This document shows positions 28,908 through 40,097 of a stretch of 64,000 nucleotides of DNA, in pieces. The DNA lies in the NCBI GenBank assembly GCA_046329385.1, contig JAXLUT010000007.1, positions 20,640 to 84,639 on the forward strand. Direction: 5' to 3'. How positions within the stretch are numbered: position 1 is the first letter of the stretch; the number at the start of each line of letters is the position of its first letter. Source of the DNA: Saprospiraceae bacterium (GTDB lineage Bacteria; Bacteroidota; Bacteroidia; Chitinophagales; Saprospiraceae). Both the position numbers and the translations under genes were made by a program. The notes beneath the pieces were generated by a model. The model did not search any database, had not been told where the DNA came from, and worked only from the letters and a program-made list of their open reading frames with translations.

Positions 28908-29876
28908 CTAAAAGAGCGATTTGATAATTTGCTCTTCGTTCACTCCTTCTGCTTCAGCCTTATAATTTCTTACGATTCGATGACGTAGCACATAATTAGC
29001 TATCGCTTGCACATCTTCTTTGTCGGGTGAATATTTTCCAAAAATTGCAGCATGACACTTTGCACCTAAGACTAAATATTGAGATGCCCTAGGCCCTGCT
29101 CCCCACGAAATATAATTGTTGACTTCTTTAGTTGCCATAGGTGTGTTGGGCCTTGTTTTTGATGCTAATGAGACGGCATACTCCAATACATTGTCAGCAA
29201 TTGGAATCTTTCGTACTAACGACTGAAACCCTAAGATTTGATCGCCAGTTAAGATGTTTTTGAGCGTATATTTGTCATTTGAAGTGGTACTTTTTACTAC
29301 TTGTACTTCTTCAGCGTAGCTTGGATAATCCAATGGTATGTTGAACATAAATCTGTCCAATTGTGCTTCTGGAAGAGGGTAAGTACCTTCTTGTTCTATT
29401 GGGTTTTGTGTCGCTAGTACAAAGAATGGCTTAGGCAGTTGATGTCTCTCACCTGCTACTGTGACGGATCTTTCTTGCATCGCTTCCAATAAAGCAGCTT
29501 GAGTTTTTGGCGGTGTCCTGTTGATCTCATCTGCTAGGAGAATATTGGTAAAAAGTGGTCCTTTATTGAATTTGAAATGTCGATTCTCGTCTAGAATTTC
29601 AGAACCTGTAATATCAGAAGGCATCAAATCCGGTGTAAATTGAATCCTTTTGAAATCCAAATCTAATACATCAGCTATAGTACTCACTAATAATGTTTTA
29701 GCCAATCCAGGTACACCTACCAATAAGCTATGTCCGTTGCTAAAAAGCGATATAATGACAGTTTTCACTACATCATCTTGACCTACAATAACTTTTCCTA
29801 TTTCCGATTTCAATTCTTTAAACGAATCTGCCATTCTATCAATGGCTTCTACATCAGATCTGTACTCTGTGTTCAT
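28908..29876 (-). CDS. MoxR-family AAA+ ATPase
   Basis: GVPGLAKT Walker A, LLADEINR Walker B, 322 aa. Confidence 0.9.
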   Translation of the reverse strand: MNTEYRSDVEAIDRMADSFKELKSEIGKVIVGQDDVVKTVIISLFSNGHSLLVGVPGLAKTLLVSTIADVLDLDFKRIQFTPDLMPSDITGSEILDENRHFKFNKGPLFTNILLADEINRTPPKTQAALLEAMQERSVTVAGERHQLPKPFFVLATQNPIEQEGTYPLPEAQLDRFMFNIPLDYPSYAEEVQVVKSTTSNDKYTLKNILTGDQILGFQSLVRKIPIADNVLEYAVSLASKTRPNTPMATKEVNNYISWGAGPRASQYLVLGAKCHAAIFGKYSPDKEDVQAIANYVLRHRIVRNYKAEAEGVNEEQIIKSLF

Positions 29877-30121
29877 ATTTGAAAGTATAATAATATTTTA
29901 AAGGGATAAAATTACAATTTGTACATGACAAACGACTTATTTGTGTAATTTGTTTGATGATTTTACGAAAAAAATAACATTTCTTAATGATATTCAAATT
30001 TTTATTGTGTCATGAATCGGCAATTGCTATCGTCAAACATTTGTCGTGTTGAAATGTAAATTATAGTTGTTTAATTTGTTGATAATGAACATTGTATATG
30101 TGGGCTTTTTACCAATTTGAA

Positions 30122-30745
30122 CTAGCCCTGAATATAAAGTATGAATTTTTCATCAAAATATGGATCGTCAAAATACTTTCTTATCGCAATTGTTTCTCTG
30201 TATTCAAACTTTGGCAATAAATTGATTTCATCTTTCAAATCACCTTTTAATGCTATCAAACCATTAGGATAAAGATTTTGATGGGTATTTGATAGAACTT
30301 TTCTACACCATGGAAGTAATTTGTCAACTTTAGCTACAGCCCTGGTTACCACAAAATCACATTTTACTTTTAACTCTTCCACTCTAGCATGTTGTGTAGT
30401 AACATTTTGTAGGTTTAAAGCTTCAACCACAGCATTGACCACTGTGATTTTTTTATTGATACTATCCACCAGTTTAAAATCGCATTGAGGAAATAGAATG
30501 GCCAATGGAATACCAGGAAAGCCACCTCCAGTACCTAAATCAATGATTTTTGTGTTTGGTTTGAATTGAATAAATTTGGCTATAGCCAATGAATGTAAGA
30601 CGTGATGAAGATATAAATTGTCTATGTCTCTACGAGAGATTACATTGATCTTTTCGTTCCAATCTCGATAAACAGTGTCCAGATTTTTGAATTGTTCTTT
30701 TTGTATATCTGTAAGGTTAGGAAAGTAGGAGCAAATAATATCCAC
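30122..30745 (-). CDS. rsmG: 16S rRNA (guanine527-N7)-methyltransferase RsmG
   Basis: SAM motif DLGTGGGFPGIPLAI. Start uncertain: GTG at 30745 gives 207 aa, TTG at 30805 gives 227 aa. Confidence 0.85.
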   Translation of the reverse strand: MDIICSYFPNLTDIQKEQFKNLDTVYRDWNEKINVISRRDIDNLYLHHVLHSLAIAKFIQFKPNTKIIDLGTGGGFPGIPLAILFPQCDFKLVDSINKKITVVNAVVEALNLQNVTTQHARVEELKVKCDFVVTRAVAKVDKLLPWCRKVLSNTHQNLYPNGLIALKGDLKDEINLLPKFEYRETIAIRKYFDDPYFDEKFILYIQG

Positions 30746-30936
30746 ATTATAAAATTTTGTCAAAGGTAAAATAATGAAATCACAATATTGGAAATTTATA
30801 AGCAAGAAATGAATGTTATTTTTTAGTACGATTCTCGTAGTAGGAGAATCTGGCTATTCATACATATTAAAAACTAAAAGGAAATAAAAGTGTCATTATT
30901 AACATCTAGAGTTATTTATAGCTTTATTTTTACACC

Positions 30937-31872
30937 ATGAAAAGGCACATACCCAGCCATCATGACAAAATAGTCAAAGAATCGTTCTCCAGACCAGAGA
31001 TTGCTAAGGCATATTTTAATGAATTTTTGCCTAATGAGCTAAAAAATGTCATCGATATCCAATCTTTGACTTATATCGATGGCAGTTACATTCAAGAGGA
31101 GTTTTCAGAATTTTTCTCAGACCTACTCTTCCAATTCAAGGTCAAAAACAGCAACGAAAACCTTATCGTTTCCATATTATTTGAGCATAAATCCTATCCA
31201 GATAGCATGGTCTTGATCCAGGTTGGGCATTATATCTTCAGCCAATGGATCAAGGAAATCAAAGGCAAACAAAAGTTGGTACCCATCATACCATTCATTT
31301 ACTATCAAGGCAGTAAAAAATGGGATGTACCCAGTTTGAACGAAATATTCAAGGCATATCCTATTGAAATTCAGAGATATATACCCAATTATGATTATTT
31401 GTTTTTTGCCATCCGATCACTCACAAAGCCCCAATTGGATAGTATCACTGATATAATGCTTCAACTCACTTTGATAGGACATGACTGCAATCAAGACTTG
31501 TTTGAATTTTTAAAGAAGATAGAAAAAATCTTGTCTTTGAGGCACTTTGAAAGTGAAGATTGGAACTATTTTTCTCTATTCATTGTTTACCAACTTACGT
31601 TGAGCGACATACCCAAAGAAGAAGTAAAATCAGTCATCGCAGCGCTACCTAAACCATACAACGACCACATCATGAGTACATACGAAGCCATCAAGCAAGA
31701 AGGAATAGAAAAAGGTGAGCAAATTGGCATCCAAAAAGGAAAAAATGAAGAAAAAGTTAAAGTAGTTGTAAACTCATTCAAGAATGGGATTGATATTTCA
31801 TTGATAGCGAATATTACCAATCTGTCTGAAGATAAAGTAATAATGATTTTGAAGGAGAATGGTATGATGTAA
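30937..31872 (+). CDS. Rpn-family recombination-promoting nuclease / putative transposase (YhgA-like)
   Basis: N-terminal HDKIVKESFSRPEIAKAYFNEFLP and LFEHKSYPD motifs typical of PD-(D/E)XK Rpn proteins. Confidence 0.75.
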   Translation: MKRHIPSHHDKIVKESFSRPEIAKAYFNEFLPNELKNVIDIQSLTYIDGSYIQEEFSEFFSDLLFQFKVKNSNENLIVSILFEHKSYPDSMVLIQVGHYIFSQWIKEIKGKQKLVPIIPFIYYQGSKKWDVPSLNEIFKAYPIEIQRYIPNYDYLFFAIRSLTKPQLDSITDIMLQLTLIGHDCNQDLFEFLKKIEKILSLRHFESEDWNYFSLFIVYQLTLSDIPKEEVKSVIAALPKPYNDHIMSTYEAIKQEGIEKGEQIGIQKGKNEEKVKVVVNSFKNGIDISLIANITNLSEDKVIMILKENGMM

Positions 31873-31938
31873 AAGATACTGGTGTAAAAGTTTGTTTTTA
31901 AACATCTATGTTTGAATTATGATGTTTACCTTTGAGCT

Positions 31939-33093
31939 ATGAAACACTTTAATTGGCTATTTGTTGTATTGCTTTTTGTTTTCGAATCTGGGTTTGGTAG
32001 TGCTATAGATTCGATCAATATTTCGATCTTGACTTGTGGTCCTGGCCGTGATATTTACAGTATTTACGGGCACAATGCTATTAGAATTCATGATGTTAAG
32101 CATGGCTTAGATTTGGTTTATAACTACGGCACATTCGATTTCAAGACCAAAGGATTTATTTTGAAATTTATGCGTGGCAAACTACCTTATGTACTTGATG
32201 AGGCTGATTACTCACGCTTCTATGCTGAGTATGATTATTTTCAAAGGTCTGTCATCGAGCAAGTTTTAGACCTTGATTCTTTACAAAAAATGAATATTTT
32301 AAAATATTTGGATCATAATATGTTGCCTGAAAACAAGATGTACAAATATGACTTTTTTATGGATAACTGTGCGACAAGACTAAGAGATATCATTGAGCAG
32401 AATGTTCCAGAATGTACTTATGAACAGAATACTCTTACTCAAAAAACATTTCGTGATATCATCAAGGAATATCAAAGAAATCTACCGTGGACCAATTTTG
32501 GTATTGACCTTATCATAGGCTCACCTGCAGACAAATTGGTCACTACTAGACAATCAGCATTCATCCCAGATTATTTGGCAAATATTTTGGGTGATATAAA
32601 ATGTTCCGATGCTAAAGTTCTTCCACTTGTGAAGTCAAAAAGCCATATTTTAAAATTTAATAATGAAAATTCAACTCCAAATTTTTTTCTTGGACCAATA
32701 TTTGTGTTTTTGATTTTACTCATCGTTGAAATCAATTTACTTTTTAGACATTTCAAAGGGGAGATACATTCGTATGTCGCAAAATATGACAATTTATGGA
32801 TATTTGTGATGGCAATTGCCAGCTTGCTCATGTTGTTCATGTGGTTTGGAACTGATCATATTCCTACAAAATATAATTGGAATTTGGTGTGGGCAAGCCC
32901 TTTGATTCCTATTTGGTGGTATTTTAGAAATCAAAACTTTGGCCAAAAAATTGGTTTGTTCTTATATGGATTGCTGATAATTTCATTAATTAATGCAATA
33001 CCTGGGATAAATATTCTACCTCAATATTTCCATCCAGCTATCATCATGATTACGCTTATTATTATGATGAAGATATTTAGGAATACAAATTGA
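31939..33093 (+). CDS. DUF4105-like protein with C-terminal membrane domain
   Basis: ILTCGPGRDIYSIYGHNAIRI and YNYGTFDF motifs; hydrophobic C-terminal third. Confidence 0.65.
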   Translation: MKHFNWLFVVLLFVFESGFGSAIDSINISILTCGPGRDIYSIYGHNAIRIHDVKHGLDLVYNYGTFDFKTKGFILKFMRGKLPYVLDEADYSRFYAEYDYFQRSVIEQVLDLDSLQKMNILKYLDHNMLPENKMYKYDFFMDNCATRLRDIIEQNVPECTYEQNTLTQKTFRDIIKEYQRNLPWTNFGIDLIIGSPADKLVTTRQSAFIPDYLANILGDIKCSDAKVLPLVKSKSHILKFNNENSTPNFFLGPIFVFLILLIVEINLLFRHFKGEIHSYVAKYDNLWIFVMAIASLLMLFMWFGTDHIPTKYNWNLVWASPLIPIWWYFRNQNFGQKIGLFLYGLLIISLINAIPGINILPQYFHPAIIMITLIIMMKIFRNTN

Positions 33094-33240
33094 TTCATTG
33101 CAGCTTAACTGCATTTTAACCAAATAACTCAACAATTAATGTTATTTTAACCAAAGGTGCAATGATTCTTACGTGTTAGTGGTGTATTGATTTTTATTAA
33201 AATTTCAAATCTTTTATCACACTTTTAAAACACAAAAATC

Positions 33241-33930
33241 ATGAGAACTTTTAGAAAATTCCAACTTGTTATTTTATTTGTTGTAGCGGCATTCGTTGCA
33301 AATGGACAAGTCTCTTTAGGTGTAAAATCTGGCGTTAACTTTGCAGATACAAGGGTTAATGGATTGATAGACAATTTGTTGCCAGAGCAAACCGTTTACA
33401 CAGGATTTACTACAGGTATAATGGCAGAAATCCCAATGATCAACGGATTTTCATTCAGACCAGAGTTGAACTTTATCCAGAAAGGCTTCATTTCACAAGC
33501 CAATTTATATGATTTCGAGGTGATAGGTATAGACATTCCTATAGGCGCAAAAGCCAAAACAAGATATAATTATATTGAAATGCCTTTATTGCTTAAATTC
33601 AGTACAGGCAATGATATAGCAAAATTTTATGTCATAGCTGGTCCAAATGTCTCGTATGCTGTAAATGCTCATATACGACCAGTAGCAAATTTTTTGATTA
33701 GTTTCAATTTACCAAAAGTAAATCTTGGTTTGAGCAATGATATTTATCAAAGGTGGGAATTGTCTGGCACATTAGGTGCTGGTGCTGAAATAAAGGCAGG
33801 ACATGGCAAAATATTTGGTGATATCAGATATACTCATGGCTTTACCAATATGGTGAACAATCCAATCATAGATTTTCAAGCCAAAAACCAAGGATTCAAC
33901 TTGTCAGCTGGTTACGCCTATGTGTTTTAG
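33241..33930 (+). CDS. small outer-membrane beta-barrel (porin-family) protein
   Basis: Signal peptide, alternating strands, terminal aromatic YAYVF. Confidence 0.75.
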   Translation: MRTFRKFQLVILFVVAAFVANGQVSLGVKSGVNFADTRVNGLIDNLLPEQTVYTGFTTGIMAEIPMINGFSFRPELNFIQKGFISQANLYDFEVIGIDIPIGAKAKTRYNYIEMPLLLKFSTGNDIAKFYVIAGPNVSYAVNAHIRPVANFLISFNLPKVNLGLSNDIYQRWELSGTLGAGAEIKAGHGKIFGDIRYTHGFTNMVNNPIIDFQAKNQGFNLSAGYAYVF

Positions 33931-33954
33931 TGATATGTTTTGATTAATTGAGAG

Positions 33955-33989
33955 ACCGCTTTACCAGTTTTGGTAAAGCGGTTTTTTTT
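33955..33989 (+). terminator. rho-independent terminator
   Basis: accgctttacca / tggtaaagcggt stem followed by T7. Confidence 0.75.
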
Positions 33990-34096
33990 ATCTAATCCAG
34001 CTCATTCATTATTACTCTTTCTATATTTAAACGAAAACTAATGTTTACAATTACATTTTGAAATAGGCTACTTTATGCCATGTTGGGATTAAGCAG

Positions 34097-34104
34097 TATA
34101 TTTG
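34097..34104 (+). promoter_or_regulatory. -7 box TATATTTG
   Basis: TAnnTTTG, 54 nt upstream of the alaS ATG. Confidence 0.3.
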
Positions 34105-34157
34105 CCGCTTCAAATTTGACACTTCATTAAAAAAATATTTCATTTACTGAGTTTCCT

Positions 34158-36775
34158 ATGACTTCCAACGAAATACGCCAAAAATTTCTAGATTTTTTTG
34201 CTTCAAAAGGGCATAAAATAGTACCATCTGCTCCGATTGTCGTAAAAGATGATCCAACATTGATGTTTACAAATGCTGGGATGAACCAATTTAAAGATTA
34301 CTTTTTAGGGAATGCCAAGCCTGACAATCCTAGAATAGCTGATACACAAAAGTGTCTAAGAGTCAGCGGAAAACACAACGACCTCGAAGAGGTTGGTGTA
34401 GATACCTACCACCATACAATGTTCGAAATGTTGGGAAACTGGAGTATTGGCGATTATTTCAAAGCTGAAGCTATTGCTTGGAGTTGGGAACTCTTGACTG
34501 AAGTGTATAAATTACCAAAAGATAGATTGTATGTATCTGTTTTCGAAGGTGATCCCAAAGAAAATTTGCCACCATCAACAATTGCCCTAAGAGAGTGGTC
34601 AAAACTGGTGCAACCAGAACACATCATTTACGGGAATAAAAAGGACAATTTTTGGGAGATGGGCGATACTGGCCCGTGTGGCCCATGTAGTGAGATCCAT
34701 ATAGATTTAAGAACCGATGCTGAAAGGGCTGAAGTGTCTGGACATCTTTTGGTCAACAATGATCATCCACAAGTCATAGAGATTTGGAATAATGTATTTA
34801 TACAATACAATAGAAAAGCTGATGGCTCATTAGAACAATTGCCAGCCATGCACGTGGATACAGGTATGGGTTTTGAAAGATTGGTCAGGGCGATTCAGCA
34901 CAAATCCAGCAATTATGATACCGATGTATTTACCAATACTATTTATGCTGTAGAGAAAATTACTGGAAAAAAATACGAGTTTGGAGATACTAAATCAGAT
35001 GTAGCATTTAGGGTATTGGCAGATCATATAAGAGCCATTTCGTTTACCATAGCAGATGGTCAACTGCCTTCCAATAACGGTGCAGGTTATGTCATTAGAC
35101 GTATTTTGCGACGTGCCGTAAGGTATTATTATACATATTTGGAATATAAGCAACCACTTCTATTTCAACTGGTTGGAGTATTGGCTGAACAATTTGAACA
35201 CGTCTTCCCAGAATTGTATTTACAAAAATCATTTGTTGAAAAAGTAATTAAAGAAGAAGAAAAGTCATTTCTTAAAACTTTGGAAGGTGGTCTGAGGAGA
35301 ATTGAAGATTTGAAGGTGAATGCCGATCATACCATTGATGGCCATGATGTTTTTGAATTGTATGATACGTATGGCTTTCCGGTTGACCTTACTAGATTGA
35401 TTGCCGATGAAAAAGGATGGAAGGTTGATGAAGCTGGTTTTACAAAAGCCTTGAACGAGCAAAAGGAAAGATCTAGAGCAGATGCAAAGCGTGAGACTGG
35501 AGATTGGGTGGTAGTTGGTGCTGAGACAGGAACAAAATTTTGTGGATATGATGAGTTGATAGTCAATGAAACTAAGGCTATTAAATATCGGGTCTTAAAG
35601 CAAAAGGACAAAGAATTGTTTCAATTGGTACTGGAAAAGACACCATTCTACCCTGAGGGCGGCGGACAAGTTGGCGATCAAGGTTTCTTAATGTTTGAAA
35701 ATGAAGTAGTTAGGGTATTGGATACAAATAAAGAAAACGACCTGATCATACATATTATTGATAGAATCCCAGACAATATCTCTTCGGATATTTATGCAGA
35801 AGTGGATGCAAACAAGCGTTCGTTAACTGAAAATAATCACTCTGCCACTCACTTACTTCACGCTGCTCTACGTCAGGTATTAGGTACACATGTACAGCAA
35901 AAAGGGTCATTGGTTCAAGACAATTATTTGCGATTTGATGTGTCTCATTACCAAAAAATTTCAGAGCAGGAGTTGGCACAAGTTGAAAAAATAGTCAACG
36001 AAAAAATCCGTGAAAATATACCACTTGTAGAGGATAGGAGTTTGCCCATTGAAGAAGCTAAAAAAGCTGGAGCAATGATGCTTTTCGGTGAGAAATATGG
36101 AGAAGCAGTGCGTATGATTACCTTCGACATTGTTTTTCGCGTGAACTTTGTGGTGGATGTCATGTCAAGTTTACTGGAAAATTAGGATTATTCAAAATCA
36201 CATCAGAAAGTGGCATTGCCGCTGGTGTCCGTAGGATAGAAGCTGTCACTGCTTATAAAGCTGAAGAATACGTCAACCATCAAATGAGTGAGTTGGCGGC
36301 TATTAAGTCTTTTTTCAAAAATAATAGTAATACAGCAAAAAATATTTCTGACCTTCAGGATGAAAATAAATCATTACAAAAAGAAATTGTAAAACTGAGA
36401 GCTATACAAGCATCGGCGATTAAAGACACATTGGTCAAATCAGCAAAAAACGTAAATGGTGCAAATGTCATAACCATGAAACTAAAAGACATGGATACTA
36501 AATCTGCTAAGACGCTTTCAGTCAATATTTTATCTGAATTGAAAGACGGTGTAGTTTTATTTGGGTTTGAAGACAACGGTAAAGCGACGATTATGCTTAG
36601 CATTGACGAACCATTGGCAAAATCCAAATCATGGCATGCTGGTAATATCATCAAAGAATTGGCAAAAAACATCAACGGTGGTGGTGGTGGACAAGCATTT
36701 TTTGCTACTGCTGGAGGAAATGAAGTTTCAGGTTTGGATAAGGCTATTAGTCAATTAAATGAATATTTAAAGTAA
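34158..36775 (+). CDS. alaS: alanine--tRNA ligase, interrupted by a 1-nt frameshift at T-run 36133-36137
   Basis: ORF 34158..36185 is AlaRS up to ...VRMITFD. Adding one T restores [42 protein letters not shown], continuing into ORF 36284..36775. Confidence 0.9.
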
Positions 36776-36779
36776 AAGT

Positions 36780-37124
36780 ATGGCAAAAAAAATATGTATG
36801 TGTGGGCTTTTAGTAAGTTTACTTTCGTTGTCATGTTCTCCAAAGCAAGTTTTAACAAAGGAGGTATTTCAAGATTGTATGAAAGACCGCAACAACGTAG
36901 AGACCATTTCTAATGTTGATGGAACAATCGTAAAAGTAGGTGATACTTACATCATTACATCTCTTGATGGAAGTATGAGATACGCACCATGCAATTTGAC
37001 TGATCAAAGCAAACAAGAAGGATTGTTGGTAAAATTTAGTGTTATTACCAAAGAAATTAAATCTAATGAAAGGTGGGTAGGCACTCCTTGTTACTTAATA
37101 AATTTTGAGACAATAAACAAATAA
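36780..37124 (+). CDS. small lipoprotein, unknown function
   Basis: Lipobox LLSLSC; 114 aa. Confidence 0.5.
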   Translation: MAKKICMCGLLVSLLSLSCSPKQVLTKEVFQDCMKDRNNVETISNVDGTIVKVGDTYIITSLDGSMRYAPCNLTDQSKQEGLLVKFSVITKEIKSNERWVGTPCYLINFETINK

Positions 37125-37146
37125 AAATCAATCTAAATCACTTATT

Positions 37147-37473
37147 ATGAGCGAATTAAAATGGAGTTATAACGAATTTTTAGCTTTTTTATTGATTTAT
37201 GTGGCACATGTGGATATGGATTTTTCTGTGGAAGAAAAAGCGGTTATTCGAAAAAAGTTTGGTGATGAAGTGTACGATAAAATGTTGGAAGAATTTTCAA
37301 ACATGAGTGATTACAAAGCTTATGAAACCATACTAATGTACAAAGGTGTTTATTATCCAAGTCCTGATCAAAAGCAAGAAATTCTTGATAAAATGAAGGA
37401 TTTATTTTATGCAGACGATGATTTCAATATCATGGAGAAAGAGCTCCTGCACTTCTTGGATAGGATGATGTAA
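37147..37473 (+). CDS. small acidic hypothetical protein
   Basis: 108-aa ORF in tight spacing with its neighbours. No motif I can name with confidence. Confidence 0.45.
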   Translation: MSELKWSYNEFLAFLLIYVAHVDMDFSVEEKAVIRKKFGDEVYDKMLEEFSNMSDYKAYETILMYKGVYYPSPDQKQEILDKMKDLFYADDDFNIMEKELLHFLDRMM

Positions 37474-37478
37474 AATTA

Positions 37479-39296
37479 TCAATACTTAATAATTCGCTCA
37501 AAATTTATTTGATCTCCACTTGATATTTTGACAAAATACATTCCAGCTTTTAAATTATCAAGAAGAATGTCAGTTTGTTGAAGAGTATGGAAGACTGTCT
37601 CAACTTGTGATGACAGTGATTGGCCATTGATATTGAAAATTTCGACAAAATATGGCTCGATTCCTTCTGATACGATTGACAGATTATCATTTGTAGGATT
37701 GGGAAAGATGCTGTATTCTTGCGCCACTGGGCTATCTATTACATTGGATAGCCGATTATCAACATAAATATTCCCACCCAATGAGTCAATAGGATATGTG
37801 ATAGTATCGGACTTAATAGTAATATCGTCTTTAGTAGGCTTTTCTAAGATGACTCTGATGGCTTGTTGATATTTGCAGCCACATAGCGGATAAATATAGG
37901 TGCTATTAAAGATGCCAGAACCTTTTGCTTCCACCTGCTTCAATTTTATGCTACCTGATTGCCATTTCCATTGATTACCATACTGATCTAAAGATGGACT
38001 GCCATCAGTATTGAATGCTCCAGACCATGGGAAGTCACTGGGTTTGAGCTTAATGGTTTTGGTAATGGTTGGCAAATTTTTTGTATTTATTTGAATTTTT
38101 TTACATTTTGGTGCATTATACCTTGTGCAGGCATGAAGTGTTTTGACACAAATTTCATACTCACCTGCTTGACTGAATGGCATATTAACTGTTAGACCAT
38201 CTTTTGCTGGGTATGTAACTTTTGAGTTTTGTGGTAAAGGTTGTCCATCACGTTTTACTTCCCAATGCAACTCTAATTCTTTTATATTTTTGAGCGAATA
38301 ATTGGAATTTGGGTCTTCAACTATTGATACAGGAAATGTTCCAAAGCCCTGACAGAGCTTTGATGAGCATTCATTAACCACTTTAATGTCAAAGTTTAGA
38401 GGTATCTGACATAAATGAAAGTCTCCCACCACTTGGATATAATAAGAACACACCGATCCTGAATAACCATCCATCCAGAATACATAAGTTTTGCAAGGTT
38501 CCAATCCTGATGCATCTACGGTGACAGTGCCAGTTTTGGCACTTCCATTACAGACTATATATGGCCCACCTGGACTACAGACATCCATTAAACCGTATTG
38601 TACACCTGTGCCAGCACAAGAAAAGATGGTGAATTGAATAGAATAATTTCCTGTACCTGCCACAAAACCAAAGAATGATGTATTTTGATATTCTCCACTA
38701 CAATTTTTTTGACCAGACCATGGTCCCAAATAAGTTGGGTTTTGCCCGCATGCAAAGTCGCCAATTACTCTTAGATCACATAGTGGATTGTTATATGCTA
38801 AGTCACATACGTTGTCAACAGAATAAGGATTGGATGTACAGTCAGGTGGTGGGTAACCTAAGTCGCAATATCGGTTGCCTGGGGAAAATGAATCTAACGT
38901 AATACAACAATTTTTCGGGCTTGGTGTACTAGAAGGTGCACCTTCACCTCCTTCTCTAATTTGCACTGTGTACATTCCATCGGGTAAATTTATAAAACTG
39001 TAGTTTCCATTTACATCGGTGGTTGTAGAATCAAATATCACTGTAGATGTGCAACCAACCAATAGGTCAACTGGTGCACCACGAAAACCATAATCTTTAG
39101 CCGCATCAAAAGTACCAGATGCATCAAGATCGATATAAACTTTGCCTTTAATGGTATCTTGATTTTTAGTTTGGCTGCAAAGCTTTTCACCATGGACGAA
39201 TGCAAATGTATTTGGTAATATACCTAAGGCCATAAGAAGATACATACCAAACATCATCAAGAAATTTTGCCATTTTACACTTTTTTTTGTTTTCAT
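37479..39296 (-). CDS. Cys-rich secreted protein with T9SS C-terminal sorting domain
   Basis: Signal peptide; SdrD-B/CarboxypepD_reg-like module (DVNGNYSFINLPDGMYTV); C-terminal IFPNPTNDNLSI...GMYFVKI tail. Confidence 0.7.
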   Translation of the reverse strand: MKTKKSVKWQNFLMMFGMYLLMALGILPNTFAFVHGEKLCSQTKNQDTIKGKVYIDLDASGTFDAAKDYGFRGAPVDLLVGCTSTVIFDSTTTDVNGNYSFINLPDGMYTVQIREGGEGAPSSTPSPKNCCITLDSFSPGNRYCDLGYPPPDCTSNPYSVDNVCDLAYNNPLCDLRVIGDFACGQNPTYLGPWSGQKNCSGEYQNTSFFGFVAGTGNYSIQFTIFSCAGTGVQYGLMDVCSPGGPYIVCNGSAKTGTVTVDASGLEPCKTYVFWMDGYSGSVCSYYIQVVGDFHLCQIPLNFDIKVVNECSSKLCQGFGTFPVSIVEDPNSNYSLKNIKELELHWEVKRDGQPLPQNSKVTYPAKDGLTVNMPFSQAGEYEICVKTLHACTRYNAPKCKKIQINTKNLPTITKTIKLKPSDFPWSGAFNTDGSPSLDQYGNQWKWQSGSIKLKQVEAKGSGIFNSTYIYPLCGCKYQQAIRVILEKPTKDDITIKSDTITYPIDSLGGNIYVDNRLSNVIDSPVAQEYSIFPNPTNDNLSIVSEGIEPYFVEIFNINGQSLSSQVETVFHTLQQTDILLDNLKAGMYFVKISSGDQINFERIIKY

Positions 39297-39427
39297 AATA
39301 TTTCAAATTTAGACAAAGATAATGCAAAAAAAACGTGCGGTCAATACATTTTTCCATATTTTTTTATCAATAAGTGATTTGAATGACAAAATTTTATACT
39401 TAATATTTTTAATATATTGATTTTTTA

Positions 39428-39435
39428 TATATTTG
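39428..39435 (+). promoter_or_regulatory. -7 box TATATTTG
   Basis: TAnnTTTG, 24 nt upstream of the ATG at 39459. Confidence 0.35.
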
Positions 39436-39458
39436 CACTCTTAAAAAATTTAACCATC

Positions 39459-40097
39459 ATGGTGATCACCAATAGTACGATAGATGTTAGCATTTTGGAT
39501 GATGATTTGAATATCTTACATTCAATCAATGAAGTATTGTCAACTCAAAAAAACATGACTTTACGATGGGCTGGGTCAGATTATAATCATTTTAAACAAC
39601 ACGGTTTGCCAAAAACAGATATCCTATTGCTTGATATTTTGATGGAAGGTATAGTTGGGACTGATTTGATTGAAGAATTGAAAAAAATAAACCCATCTGT
39701 TAATATTATAATGTATTCTGTAATTGAAGATGTAGATGTACTATTTACGTGTATAAGTAATGGAGCTGATGGATACTTGTTGAAAAATTCTTCCATTGAT
39801 GAATTAATAAAAACCATTCAATGCACTTATGATGGTGGATCCAACATAAGCCCTATGATGGCAAGAAAACTTTTTCATCACTTTAAAAAAAGTAGAGATA
39901 GCAAGTTTGAAAATATCTTGAATGAACATGAATATCAAGTATTAAAGCTGTTATCAGAGGGATTTAGTTATAAAATTATTGGTTCAAAATTGGATATAAC
40001 ATTGGATTCAGTAAGATACTACATCAAAGGGGTATATAAAAAGCTCAATGTCAACTCAAAAGGTGAAGCCATCATCAAATTTATTGGGAAAAGCTAA
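39459..40097 (+). CDS. LuxR/NarL-family response regulator
   Basis: REC domain plus C-terminal LuxR HTH (EYQVLKLLSEGFSYKIIGSKLDITLDSVRYYIKGVYKKL). Confidence 0.85.
   Translation: MVITNSTIDVSILDDDLNILHSINEVLSTQKNMTLRWAGSDYNHFKQHGLPKTDILLLDILMEGIVGTDLIEELKKINPSVNIIMYSVIEDVDVLFTCISNGADGYLLKNSSIDELIKTIQCTYDGGSNISPMMARKLFHHFKKSRDSKFENILNEHEYQVLKLLSEGFSYKIIGSKLDITLDSVRYYIKGVYKKLNVNSKGEAIIKFIGKS

Noticed and set aside
28908-29876. MoxR ATPase as part of a Bat/aerotolerance or vWA-coupled system
   Set aside because: The usual DUF58 and vWA/BatA-type partners are not adjacent. The downstream gene is a DUF4197-like lipoprotein, so no system can be claimed from this window.
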